The notes beneath the pieces were generated by a model, which ran no database searches, had not been told where the DNA came from, and was given only the letters and a program-made list of their open reading frames with translations. From Callorhinchus milii (lineage: Eukaryota): a stretch of DNA of 64,000 nt. Within the stretch, counting starts at the first letter, position 1, and each line of letters opens with the position of its first letter. Below are positions 14,052 through 31,962 of the stretch, in pieces. Where the stretch lies: positions 124,001 to 188,000 of the forward strand of contig NW_024704755.1 in assembly GCF_018977255.1 (NCBI RefSeq), read 5' to 3'. A program made the translations under genes and the position numbers.

Positions 14052-14256
14052 TGAAACAAAAACAGAGAGAGCTGGGAAAACTCAGCAGGTCAGGCAGAAT
14101 CTATGGAGAAAGGAAAGTGAGTTAATGTTTCGGGTCCACGATCCTGTCAGAATGTTCTGACGTAGGGTCGTGGACCCGAAACGTTGACTCACTTTCCTTT
14201 CTCCATAGATTCTGCCTGACCTGCTGAGTTTTCCCGCTCTCTCTGTTTTTGTTTCA
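14052..14256. mobile_element. ~205-bp palindrome resembling a Penelope-like element pseudo-LTR, with a degenerate hammerhead core
   Basis: Near-perfect ~100-bp inverted arms centred at 14153; CTGACGTA-GGGTC-GTG-GACCC-GAAACGTT at 14157-14185. Confidence 0.6.
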
Positions 14257-14706
14257 GATTTCCAGCATCTGCAGTATTTTGTGTTAAGAACAACAGTGAC
14301 ACTGATCCAACACCCCCAGTCCTTGGTGATGAGATAAACCCTGAATCTTGTTGGCTCAGCTGCTTGCTGGGCAGTAATTATGTGCTGTTGCATGTCGTGG
14401 ACAGACAGACAGAAAGACAGAAAGACAGAGACAAATACATTGAATCAAAAGAAGTTGGGTGAGGTCTTGGTGTGAGCCAGTCGCTTGGCATCTCAGACAT
14501 TGTTTCGGGCAAATGTTTTTGAGCAGATACAGGATATGTAACTCCTGGAGAGTGAGGGTTAAAGGGCAATATTCTGTTTATTAAACAAAACGTAATGTCG
14601 CTTACTCGTGGTCACAAACTCTGAGCCGTGGGATGTGCACATAACCAGGTCAGAACACATACTGGTAACCATGTCTAGTTGCTGGTAACTGCACCGGTAA
14701 CCATGA

Positions 14707-17700
14707 CTACTTGCCAGGCTGTGGGAAGAAATGTTTCAATAAATCTTTTTTGTTAACTTTTCCCATTGGGTTGCGAGGAATTTCATCCACAAGAATCAGC
14801 TCAGAGGGGATGCTGTATGGTGCCATCTGTTCCCTGTAATGACAAATCAGCCTCACCTCAGCAACTTGTTCCTGTTTCTGTCCTCAGCACATTGACTGCA
14901 GCCCCCCCCTTCCGATCCCTCACTCACCTTGCCCACCCCTTCAGCTCCCCCAGAGACAGCGAGACTCCCTCCTGTACCGTCACCACAGCCGTCACCTTCT
15001 GACCCCAGGTAACATCAGGAACACCGATCACCGCCACATCTGCAGAGCAAAGAGACCGACCAAGTCTGTAACAGCAGCGACTCAGCACTACCCTCCCCCT
15101 GGCAAAACTAGACCCACACAATGCACACAGAGAGACACACACACCCAGTGACAGGGCGAGAGAGAGACACACACACACACAGTGCCAGGGGGAGAGAGAG
15201 ACACACACACAGTGCCAGGGGGAGAGACAGAAACATATTATTTCAACGTGGTTCAATATAAATTTGTTCAGTGGCTAACCTGCAATATGCGGGTGTGCCA
15301 GGAGGTGGCGCTCCACATACAGAGCACTAATCTTATAGCCACCACTTTTGATGATGTCGACAGATGTTCGTCCCAGAATCCAGTATCGGCCGTTCTTATA
15401 CACCGCAGTGTCTCCTGTAACACACACACACACTCCTTATACACCGCAGTGTCTCCTGTAACACACACACACACTCCTTATACACCGCAGTGTCTCCTGT
15501 AACACACACACACACTCCTTATACACCGCAGTGTCTCCTGTAACACACACACACACTCCTTATACACCGCAGTGTCTCCTGTAACACACACACACACTCC
15601 TTATACACGCAGTGTCTCCTGTAACACACACACACACTCCTTATACACCGCAGTGTCTCCTGTAACACACACACACACTCCTTATACACCGCAGTGTCTC
15701 CTGTAACACACACACACACTCCTTATACACCGCAGTGTCTCCTGTAACACACACACACACTCCTTATACACCGCAGTGTCTCCTGTAACACACACACACA
15801 CTCCTTATACACCGCAGTGTCTCCTGTAACACACACACACACTCCTTATACACCGCAGTGTCTCCTGTAACACGCACACACACTCCTTATACACCGCAGT
15901 GTCTCCTGTAACACACACACACCTTACACAGCATGGCGCCCCCTACGAGAAGGTGCTAATGGGGGTTACCGTCCAGTAAGCAGTAGATATCAGCTCTCCA
16001 GTCATTACCTGTCTTGAACCAGCCGTCGTGTGTGAATGATTCCTTGGTTTCCTCTGCTTGGTTCCAATACTTCTGAAATACTGAAGCTCCTCTGACCTGT
16101 AACTCTCCCTCTCTCCCTTCCATGCCAGGCGTGACCTGCCAACCACAACAGACATCAGGCACAGCAAGCTATAGCCACAGAACCAGTGTGTAACAGTGTG
16201 CAGTGATTCACCAATAAAAGACATTACACACCATGCAAGGTCAGAGGTCACTACAGCGGAGAACAGGAGTGATGCCAGGCTTCTCAGCTCATACAACTGT
16301 CAGCCTAGTGACGTGTATGTGTGTGTGTGCATGTGTCAGCCTCAGTGTAACTGAGTCTCTGACGGCCTGACCTTACCCTCGTCTGGTCACTGTTGCTCTC
16401 TGTGATGACGGTACAGGACGGCTGGTATCGTGAGGAGGCTTCCAGTGCGATGCGGACCTCGACCCCGGGCAGTGGGTTCCCAACCGACCCTGAGCACAGA
16501 CCACACCCACCCTGAGCACAGCCACACACCTCGGCCCGGCCAAAGAGCCTCACAGAACCCATCCACACTCCAACAGAGCCACACTAAGTTCTATGTGCGC
16601 ACTCGCGTCTGTGTGAGTCTGCGTGCGTGAGCCTGTGCGAGTCTATGTGTGTTTCTGTGTGTGTCTATGTGTGTGTGCTCATGGTAGTGTGTGCAGACAA
16701 CTTGGGTGTGTCATGTACTGTGACGTGTACAAGACAGAGAATGTCAGTGTGTGGCACAGGATGGCGTACCTGGCACACGGCTGCCATGCAGTGGGTTGGA
16801 AAGCGCCATCCCGACCTCCGTCATCCCATAGCGCTCCAGCAACGTGTGGCCTGTCAGCTTTCTCCACATCTCCAGCATCGGCTGAGGGAGAGCGGCCGAT
16901 CCTGACACCATCAACCTGCAGTCACAGCAAAGGCAGAGCCTGATCAGCCCCTCACAGCTCCAGCCCCCACCACCTCACAGCTCCCCCACTCACAGTTGCA
17001 GCAACCCCCACTACAGCAGTCCCACCTCACAGCAGGCCCGACCCCTTGCAATAGGCCCATCCCAGTCACACCCCCACATGCCACAGCCCCGCCACCAGTC
17101 CACTGTGGTTAGTCTGCTTGGCACCCACCCCACCTGATTTTGTCCTTGCACACAGCGTGGATAAAGTCCTTGACGTGGCACTGGGTGAAGTGTTTCTGGT
17201 AAAACTGGATCAGTTTGGCGTAGATGGTTGGCACGGCCATGAAGACATTAACCCGAGGCGTCCGTGAGGTGTCCGTTCTCAACAACTGCTCCCAAACCTG
17301 CAACAAAGGAATCATTAACCGGGAGTGAGCGATGCCCTGGCTGAGCCTTATCTCTATCTGCTCTGCTTTGTGCTAACTGCAGTTAAAGTACCTTCTGAGC
17401 GTTGAAGTCTGGCAGCATCACACAGGTGGCGCCCACCCAGAGCGGGCAGAGCAGTTTGTTGAGGACACCATGTAGATGGTGCAGAGGCAGCACGTGCAGA
17501 ATGACATCGTCCTTGCTCCAGGCCCACAGCTCCACTAGGGAGGTAACCTGCAGACAGAAAAGCTGTCATAATTACTGAGCCACAGACAGATTGTGTTTGT
17601 GTCCATGTGGGGGGGGACTGATTACTGAAGCTAACCTGGTGCCGCAGAGTCTGGTGTGTGGTCAGGACCCCTTTGGGCCGCCCTGTAGTTCCGCTGGTGT

Positions 17701-18334
17701 ATAATATCAGGGCGCCTCTGTCCTTCCAATCAGCAGGGAAGCCCGTGGTGGTGAGCTGTGGATGTAGGTGTGTGGAGCCTGGTGAGGGTTCCTGGGACAG
17801 GCTGCCACTCTGCAGCACCAGCCATTTAACACCGAGTCGGTCAGCGATGGAAGTCACTCTCTCCGCAAATGTCTCCTCCACAATGACCAGGCTGCTTTCA
17901 CAGTCTCTCAGCGTGTACTCCAGCTCTGGTGCTGGGTGGCTTTTACACAGAGGGACACCAATCCCACCGCTCATCCAGGCGGCCCACTGCGCCACCACAT
18001 AAGAGGCGTCGTTGGGGCACAAAAAGCATACTCGCTGCTGTGCGATGTCTCCGCTGGAACAGTCTAGGGCCCTCAGGATATCCCGGGACAGTGACAGGCT
18101 GATGCTGTACAGCTGCCCATAGGTGTGGTGTCCGAAGCTGTCTACAATCGCTAGTCTGTCAGCAAAGCTGGGAGCTCTGGTGAACACAAAGTGTCTGTGA
18201 GAAAGGGCTGTCAGGTACAGCACCTTCCTCAAACATTTCACAGGCCTGCGGATACCCAGCCGCCAACTGTGCCAGCATTGAACACAGCCTTGTGATGTGA
18301 AGCCAGGACTCTGTCGCAGGAGAGTGTACAGCAT
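14707..18334 (-). CDS. ACSF3: Malonate--CoA ligase ACSF3 (mitochondrial acyl-CoA synthetase family member 3), 9 coding exons, ~592 aa
   Basis: Exons (minus): 18334-17636, 17547-17392, 17297-17134, 16915-16770, 16489-16377, 16135-16009, 15414-15280, 15039-14928, 14833-14707; total 1779 nt. Motifs [11 protein letters not shown] (P-loop), [47 protein letters not shown]-terminus is basic and lacks acidic residues, like a mitochondrial presequence. Start codon choice (18334) is inferred. Confidence 0.95.
15395..15921. repeat. 41-bp minisatellite spanning an ACSF3 intron/exon boundary
   Basis: 13 copies of the unit containing GTCTCCTGTAAC; period 41, one unit 40. Confidence 0.95.
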
Positions 18335-18496
18335 CCTGCAGCTGGTCCAAACCCTTCGATAATCCAGCAAAGAACAAAGGTTAGGTTTACATTAGTAACT
18401 GGGAGTCAGAATGAGAAGTTTATTAACAAGCACCTGCAACGTCAAAATGGCTGAGCACTTCACAGGTAATTGTTATCAAATATAGTCAATCTATTT

Positions 18497-18820
18497 GTGG
18501 AGTCCTGTAACTCAGTGGTTAGAGCACTCGCTTTGCAAGCGAGAGACCTGAGTTCAATTCCCGGCAGAGGGCGAAACCTTGGGCAAGTTTCCTTACTCCA
18601 CACAGAGCCTAATAATAATCCTCCAAAACCCAAACAATAATAAATTGGTCATTTTGAATCTACGACTGTTTGTGGGACATTGCTGTGCGCAATTGGCTGC
18701 CGCGTTCACCCACAAATATACAGTCAATTCACTTTACAGTGTGTTCTGTGAAGCGCTTTGGGACGTCCTCCCGACGTGAAAAGCGCTATATCAAATGCAA
18801 GGATTATTATTATTATTATT
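18497..18820 (+). mobile_element. Full-length tRNA-derived SINE (Deu-like core, L2-type tail)
   Basis: A box TAACTCAGTGG, TGC anticodon-like loop, B box GTTCAATTCC, core GCTGTGCGCAATTGGCTGCCGCGTT, tail GGGACGTCCTCCCGACGTGAAAAGCGCTATA + (TTA)n. Many copies in the window. Confidence 0.9.
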
Positions 18821-19213
18821 AATGTGGGCAAACACAAGGCCAATCTGCAAACAGCAAATCCCACAACAGGGATGAGGTGAATGACCAATTGTATCTGTGG
18901 GGGATTGTTGGCCACGACACCACGAACGAGAAATTCCCTTCTCTTTTCAATGAGTGTGGAGGGTCTTATTGTCCACCTGAACAGCGCACAGACATGACCT
19001 TAGTTTTATGTCTGGAGGATGGCAACGGCTGACAATGCAGTGACAGCCTGGACTGTGAGCTCAAGTACCAACCCGAGCCCTCACCCCAGAGGGAGTGAGA
19101 GCTTCTCAGTCAGATTGACACCATTTCTTTTTTGGTCAACCATCACATACTCCAAACCAAACAGTTCCGTATAAACCGCCTATATGTAAATTCACAAGAT
19201 ATTTATTGCAATG

Positions 19214-19246
<33 letters not shown>

Positions 19247-19267
19247 GGAGGGAGACCTCCCGCTCAC

Positions 19268-19520
19268 CTAATTCCGGAGAGTATTAGGCGCAGTGGCGAG
19301 AGCCGAGGCTCGGGGGGAGCCCAGAGTGTGCGTTGGGGTAACTGCTGGAGTCTAACCCACACAGCTTTGTCATTGGCAGCTTTCCCGCCGCTTGTCCAGT
19401 CGGGACCTGTTGGCAGATTATTATCGTTGTGCCGCTGAGGCCATTGCGGATGATTTTTATTCTCACTTTCCCGCTGTTTCAGGGACCTGTGCGGACCGGA
19501 AATGAACCTGACATCCGGTG
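19268..19520 (-). promoter_or_regulatory. ACSF3: Probable ACSF3 promoter and non-coding first exon
   Basis: CpG-rich patch ~1 kb upstream of the first coding exon. ETS-type CCGGAA/CCGGAT motifs at ~19495-19519; donor-like TAG|GTGAGC at 19268. Confidence 0.5.
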
Positions 19521-19944
19521 TGTCCATCGCTAACACCCGTCCCCGGGGCCTCGGGGCAATGAACGCTGAGCTGCAGTACGTGCTCTCCACCACCAGGCGG
19601 CAGCAGTTGATTGTAGCTGCTCTCTGGCGCCATCATGTGGCGAATACTGACATTGCAGCCAAGTTGCATTACCTGCTGACCGCAGCACATAGCAATGTTG
19701 ACCTCAAGACCCAACTCCTGGAGCCCAGAACCCAAACAAGTGGTGTGAGAAACTTCAGAGACAAATTCACAGCTAATTGTAATACCCCGGCCTGGCACAA
19801 TTACTAGAACTCTCGCCTCAAGGTCAGGAGGTGCCTTCGGACGTCCTCCCGACGTGAAAGGCGCTCTATAAATGGAATCTTGTTGTGGTTGTTGTTGAGG
19901 TGGATTTAAATAGAAAAAAAAATTGATAAAGTACCTTTCATATC

Positions 19945-20780
19945 ATCCTCAGTGCCTGAGGTAAGGAGGTGCTGACGGGAGACGATCAGGAGAGTCTTGG
20001 TCTTGTTGACGTTCAACTTAGCTCTTATCCAGGACTTGATGTCTGACAGACATTCAGTCAGGACAACAGTGGTCCTGAAGTCAAGGGTGGAGACAGAGAG
20101 GTACAGTTGGGTGACATCTGCATGCATGTGGAAGTTGACCCCATGTCTGCAGATGATGTCATCAAGTAGGAGCATATAGATATTGAAGAGGAGGGGACCA
20201 AGGACAGAGCCCTAAGGAACATTGCACGAGACAGTGCGGGGGCTAGAGGAGAAAGCGTTTGTGGAGATGAAGTGGAGATGATATGAGAGATACAATCTGA
20301 ACCAGTCAAGGACAGAACCCTGAAGGTTGAGGTGAGAGGAGAGGCAGTGGATGAGGATAGAGTGGTCAACGGTGTCAAAAGCAGCAGAGAGGTCAAGGAG
20401 GACGAGAAGGCAGAGGGAGCCCTGGTCGCAGATGGACAAAATGTCACTTGTCATTTTGACCAAAGCTGTTTCTGTGCTATGGGTGGCATGTAAACCCGAC
20501 TGGATGGGTTCGTGACAGGAGTGGTGGGAAAGGAAGGAGCAAAACTGGGAAGCAACGAGTTGTTCCAGAACCTTGGAGAGGAAAGGGAGGTTGGCGATGG
20601 GGCGGTAGTTTGAGAGCAGGTGTGGGTCCAGGTAGGATTTTTTAAGGGGATGGGAATGATACCAGTGGACAGGGAGAGGTTTATGATGTCTGTGAGTAGG
20701 GGGGGCAAGCAGGTGGAGCTGAGAGGTAAGGAGAGGGTTAGGGATGGGGTCAAAGGAGCAGGTGGCTGGTTTTGGTGGGT
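19945..20780 (-). mobile_element. L2 LINE reverse-transcriptase relic
   Basis: Broken frames [26 protein letters not shown] and CLSDIKSW...LNVNKT are L2 RT motifs. Confidence 0.88.
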
Positions 20781-21730
20781 TATGGTAGTGGTGAGAGGAG
20801 GGGAAGGCAGGTTCGAAGGTATGGAGAGTAACACAATGTTACAGTCAGCAAGAGCTGGACGGAGGTAGTGAGAGCATTTCCTGCCAACAAACCACAACAC
20901 AAATCAGCATGGAGACCCAACAGCTTTATTTAGTTACATCCATTGAGGACAAGATATACAACAGTCTAAATCACGTACATTACAAATTACAAGGTCCCTG
21001 CTCCAGGCACCCACTACAGCCGTGTGCACACACAAGCTCAGCACAGCCTGAAAAGAGCCTTGTGTAGTGGCACATAATGAGCCTAAAACCTTGATTGGAT
21101 TTATCTCTAAAGCGATTTTCACAAACACAGAAGTGGAACTTGAGGATCAATGAACAGGACAATAAAAAAATCAACTGAAATAAGTGGCATTTTCATTGCA
21201 TTTCAAGATTAATAAAGTTAAACCAGGAAAATGATCTGAGAGCTGTATCCTCCTCACCAGAGGCAGAATGGCATCTATTACATTTAATAAAAAATTCCAC
21301 CCTTTATAGCCCCTTCTCTCCGCCCTCTGTTGTGTTTACACACCACTTCCCCATTGACTACAGTCTGATTAACAAGACTGGTGACTGTGGCAAATAAGAG
21401 TACACTCAAACCCCAAAGCCAACTTGAACCCTGATCCCAGACCAGGTGATCAGACTGAAAAAAGGCACAAGAGCTTCCTCAAACTAACCCGAAAGTAGGC
21501 AATAAACCCTGAGCAGTAACATGTGCTCAGGCCTTCAATTAACACATGGACTAAAGTCAATTCATCTGTTACAAGAAACAAGTCTATAAAATCAGAGATT
21601 TGAGGTTCACAACAACAGCAGCAGAGAGAGGCCACTGCTGGAGAGCGTGCGATGGCCATGGTTTGTCCCCAAGTCCAGCAAATATAAGAGCTTTAGACAT
21701 GACCTGGAACTATCAGCAGCATGGCCAAAA

Positions 21731-23408
21731 TCAACAGACTTGCACCATCATCCCAGAGACAAGATTGTCAAATACCCTGAAAAACAAGAAAAAATGTGTG
21801 AGAGAATGAGAAAGCACCAGAGCATGAATGACACACAGAGATAGAAACGAGTGAGATGAAGAGGGAGAGAGTGAAAGAGAAGCGTAAGCTAGAATGAAAC
21901 AAACAGAATACTTCTACCCCCAACAGCCCTCCTTACGTGGACTGGATGGGCTCCCCTGGGGTGTAGAAGGGATTGCACATGATATCGGTGTAGGAATTGT
22001 GCAGCTTTCGGAACATCTGCACAGAAATAAATAAATCAGATTCAGAGTTACGAGTGCTGGACAGCCAAGCCCACCCACTCCCAAGTCAGTGACAGCACAT
22101 GTTAGAGACACAGTAACGCTCCCTTACACTGTGTGTCCACACTCCCAGGTCAGGGTTAGAGACACAGTAAAGCTCCCTCTACACTGTGCGTCCACACTCC
22201 CAGGTCAGGGTTAGAGACACAGTAACGCTCCCTTACACTGTGTGTCCACACTCCCAGGTCAGAGTTAGAGACACTGTGAATGGTATTGGTCAGACTGCAG
22301 GGGCTATGTGTGGTGATCAGGTACTTACACTGCGGATCTCGTTGTCCCTCAGTGCAATGTTGGAGGAATCCACCACGATGATAAACTTGACTTTAGTGTT
22401 GGTTACATAGCCATACCTGCACCAGAGCTCAGGAAGTCACACCCAATCACAACACCAGTAAACAGCCACATTTGCCACATTAAATATCAAATGCAAGGAT
22501 TATTATTCTTATTATCAAATAACGTTCACAAACGCAACCGAGTCCAGGCACCGATGTGGGCTTCCAATTACTGACCATCCACTCTCCCAAAATTGCACAG
22601 AATATGCCCCCCCCCACAGGAACGCGGTGAGAAATGAAAAGTTGCCACCTGCCTTGAGTGCGTGTGAGTTGGGAACAGGAGTTACATGGGAGTGAATGTA
22701 GGGAAGGGGTCAGAGAGGATGACTGATCACTAACTGACTATCCCTCGGCATCAGCACAAGCCACTGAGTTGAGGATACACCTTGTAATCCTCGGTGGGGT
22801 ACAGCAATCCCAGGTACAGCTCTCTCTGATCCACCAGCGCTTTCCCCACCGCCGAAATCTTCTCCTCCACCACATCCAGTGACGTGTGAACCGTGTAGTG
22901 AAACTTCAACTGCTTCTCCATCGGAACAGTCTTAATGTACAACGGGTAATTCTGTACACAAACAGGTGGGATTAATGCACACCCAGTCCCGCCCCCCCCC
23001 CCACACCCCCCACACCCCCTCCCCCACACCCAGCCCCCCCCCACACCCCCTCCCCCACACCCCCTCCCCTACACCCCCTCCCCACACCCCCTCCCACACC
23101 CCCTCCCCACACCCCTCCCCTACACCCAGCCCCCCCACACCCCCTCCCCCCACCCCCTCCCCCACACCCCCCCCCACACCCCCTCCCCACACCCCCTCCC
23201 CCACACCCAGCCCCCCCCACACCCCTCCCCCACACCCCCTCCCCTACACCCAGCCCCCCCACACCCCCTCCCCCACACCCCCTCCCTACACCCAGCCCCC
23301 CCCCACACCCCCCCCCGCAGCCCCCCCCACACCCCCCCCCGCAGCCCCTCCCCCCCCCCCCACACCCCCACAGACCTGTTTGGCGATCACTGAGACACAA
23401 ACCGCCAT
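21731..23408 (-). CDS. TRAPPC2L: Trafficking protein particle complex subunit 2-like, 5 exons, 139 aa
   Basis: Exons (minus): 23408-23376, 22951-22779, 22416-22329, 22016-21937, 21776-21731 (420 nt). Translation [18 protein letters not shown]...[53 protein letters not shown]...MCNPFY...MMVQVC closely matches vertebrate TRAPPC2L. AATAAA (minus) at 20925-20930. Confidence 0.97.
22100..22275. repeat. ~54-bp tandem triplication in TRAPPC2L intron 3
   Basis: GTTAGAGACACAGTAA...CCACACTCCCAGGTCAG repeated. Confidence 0.85.
22417..22778 (-). other. TRAPPC2L: U12-type (minor spliceosome) GT-AG intron in TRAPPC2L
   Basis: The donor GTATCCTC is the only position that keeps the YKV-YGY frame. Branch-like TTCCTGAG ~11 nt before the CAG, with no real polypyrimidine tract. 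Confidence 0.8.
22990..23372. repeat. C-rich minisatellite filling TRAPPC2L intron 1
   Basis: CACACCCCCTCCC units. Confidence 0.9.
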
Positions 23409-23442
23409 CTTGGGGGCCGCTCTGGTCATGTGACGAGTAAAG

Positions 23443-23449
<7 letters not shown>
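23402..23449. promoter_or_regulatory. TRAPPC2L/GALNS bidirectional promoter core
   Basis: Divergent ATGs at 23408 (-) and 23443 (+). AAGATGGCGG on both strands; GTCATGTGAC at 23425-23434. Confidence 0.85.
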
Positions 23450-29393
<5,944 letters not shown>

Positions 29394-31409
29394 TACCACC
29401 TGCATTTTGGATCCCGGAGCTTAATATGGACTGAGTTTGTTGGAGCTTGCTTAACATGTGTGTCTGAGCTGCTCTCTTCCTCTTTCTCTCATAGCAGAAC
29501 ATATTCATAAAGTCAACCCATTGATGGGAAAATACACAATGGTTGAAAATCATCCTAAATTGTCTGGTGGTTAAGCAGGATGCTCTGAGGCTGACTCACG
29601 AGAGCTTTCCCATTGCAGTCTTTCAACCAGAGGCAAATCAGCACATACTCAGAAAAATTGAGATAGTCAATCAGATAAACTCTTATTCCTAAGATTGGGA
29701 GGGTTACAGTAAAGGAAAAGGTATGTTGTATTTGCACTCTGGTGTCTTCATGATGCTGGCAGGCGGCATCCATTTTACACTTTGTTGAACCTTTCGAAGG
29801 TCGAGGTTCATTCTTCCAACAACAACAACTTGTATTTATATAATGTCCTTTCTCACAGGGTAGCGTCCCGGAGCGCTTCACAGTAGCAGAGTCTGATGAG
29901 CCATGTTTCCAAAACCTTAGACAAACATTATTGAGAGGTAGGAGCCTTGTGCTTCTCATTGCTAATCTCACAACTATTGATCAGTTTCTGGCTGGTCCAT
30001 GTTATTCCCCATCTCCTGCAAAGGCAGTTCATTAGCTTATTCATAGCTGGCTATCGTGCACTGGCGCTCCAATGTCTCCCGAGTGTCTGTTGATGGCACT
30101 GTGGCAAGTCGTTGTTTGGAGACCATATATCGCCAGTTGGTGGCGCTGTTGTACAAACACCCACTGCAGTACCACAGACAACCTGTTGAAGACGCTATCT
30201 ACCAAGGCTGTAGTACCACACACGCCTGTGCTGACATGGTTGTACCATTTAACCTAAAACATATGTCTGGAAAATTGATGGCTTTCACGAACCATTCAGT
30301 AAATCTAACTGGTCACAGACATCAAACCCTCTTGCACAACAGCTAGCTGTACAAATTTTTATTGTACTCGCCATACTCTGACATTTCCTACAGTACTTTC
30401 AAGGTCCAGTTTTTGCAGCCAGAAATTCCTGTTTGATTTTCAGCAGGAAAGTCCTGCCAGTTTGTAGGCAATGTTAATTTAGTAATGTGATTGTTGTGGG
30501 TTTACAATGAACTCTTACACAGTTGTCATATCACTTGCTTCTGCAATTTTATCTTTTGGCTCTCCCGGTTCTGTCTTGTTCTGCTCGTAGTCCTCCTCTC
30601 AGTTATGCTGATGATCACAGCATCACTTTCTTCTGTAATCAGAGTAATTGGAAATGGAACAATTTGAGCCACTGCAACCTGTGCCCCAGGCAGGGAGGCA
30701 GAATGTTTTAGATGAAGCTATTTTACTCTATTTAAATAAACTTCCAATTTTTTTTCCTGTTTATGTTTTGAATGTTTTTATGGTCAGTGCAGCCTGGCAA
30801 GAGTGGCACCTAGGCCACAGTGAACACAGATCCCTTACCTCCACTGTTCACTCTCAGGATGATTCTGGCAGTTGAGATTTTAGTGAATGGGGGAAGTTTA
30901 TTCTGGAAAATGCAAGACAATTCTAAATCTGTTTGCCCATAGCAGGCCAGTAATGGATACATAACCTACTTCGAAGACTAAGCCAACTCAGCTCCTGGGA
31001 ATTGTGCAGAAGCTGGGGTGCCTCTCATTGGCAGCTGGGTAGACATCTTGAATGTTGAGTGCAGATCCATCTCTGCATAATATTACAGATTGGTGCAGTA
31101 CAGCACTGTACCCTCTACAACAGCAACAATAATAATAAATTACATTGATATAACACTTTTCATGGCAGGAGGACATTCCCAAGATGGTAGGCAGTTGAAA
31201 CTGTAACTGCTTTGTCTGGGTGAAAGCTATTTATTGTAACTGCTTCTCCCCCATGTGATCAATTGCTAATGTCATTGCATGGATGGACAGCAAATAGGAG
31301 TGGGAACTGATTCATCTTCCCTTCTACACCTGGGCACTGAGGCTTGAGTACTATCAGCTCAATCAACAACAATAACTTACATTTATACAGCAGCCACACA
31401 CACCCTCCT

Positions 31410-31800
31410 GTCCCCATTGTTCCTCTCTCCCCCATTGCCCCCTCAACCGCACCCTCGTATCCTCAACACCCCCTTAACCCCCATTACCTCCCCCCCATTG
31501 CGCCTTCTCCCCATTTTCCCCCTATTGCCCCCTCCCCCATTGCACCCTCAAGCTCCCCATTGCCTCCTCACCCCCATAATGCCCCTCACCACCCATATTG
31601 CCACCTTATTGTCCCCTCCCCTTTGCCCCTCCACCATTGCGCCCCTGTCCCCTCACCCCCCCATTGCCCTCTCACCCTCACCCCCCATTGCCCCCTCAAT
31701 CACCTCCCTTCCCATTGCCCCTTCTCCCCGACTCGCCACCCCCGTGCCCCCTCCCCCTGTTGCCCCCTTCCCACCGGTTGCCCCCTCACACCCTCTGCCC
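31410..31800. repeat. C-rich CCCATTGCCC repeat upstream of the ZC3H18 promoter
   Basis: Degenerate tandem units. Confidence 0.75.
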
Positions 31801-31836
31801 CTGGGGGAGGAGCTGGTGTCACCTGACCGGTGCTGT

Positions 31837-31962
31837 CCAATGAGCGGCGGGTAATGGCGGCGGTGCTGGCCCGCTCTCGCGCTGCTGTCCGCCCGCCGCC
31901 CGCGCGCCGTTACCCTGGTTACCCGCCTCCCGCCTCCCACCCGCAGCTCCGGCCTCGGACAG
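31837..31962 (+). promoter_or_regulatory. ZC3H18: ZC3H18 CpG-island promoter and probable first (5'UTR) exon
   Basis: CpG-rich stretch ~31830-32330, CCAAT at 31837, YY1-like AATGGCGGC at 31853, strong donor CAG|GTGAGT at 31962. The next acceptor is TAG/CAG (NAGNAG) at 34699/34702. Confidence 0.75.

Noticed and set aside
15395-15921. CRISPR-like regular array
   Set aside because: Units are identical with no unique spacers, and it lies in a eukaryotic intron.
18497-18570. tRNA-Ala(TGC)-like gene
   Set aside because: It is the head of a multi-copy SINE continuing into core and tail; there is no proper acceptor stem or terminator.
19335-19365. TCTAACCC as a telomerase RNA template
   Set aside because: The template is incomplete, and no pseudoknot, CR4/5 or H/ACA features are visible.
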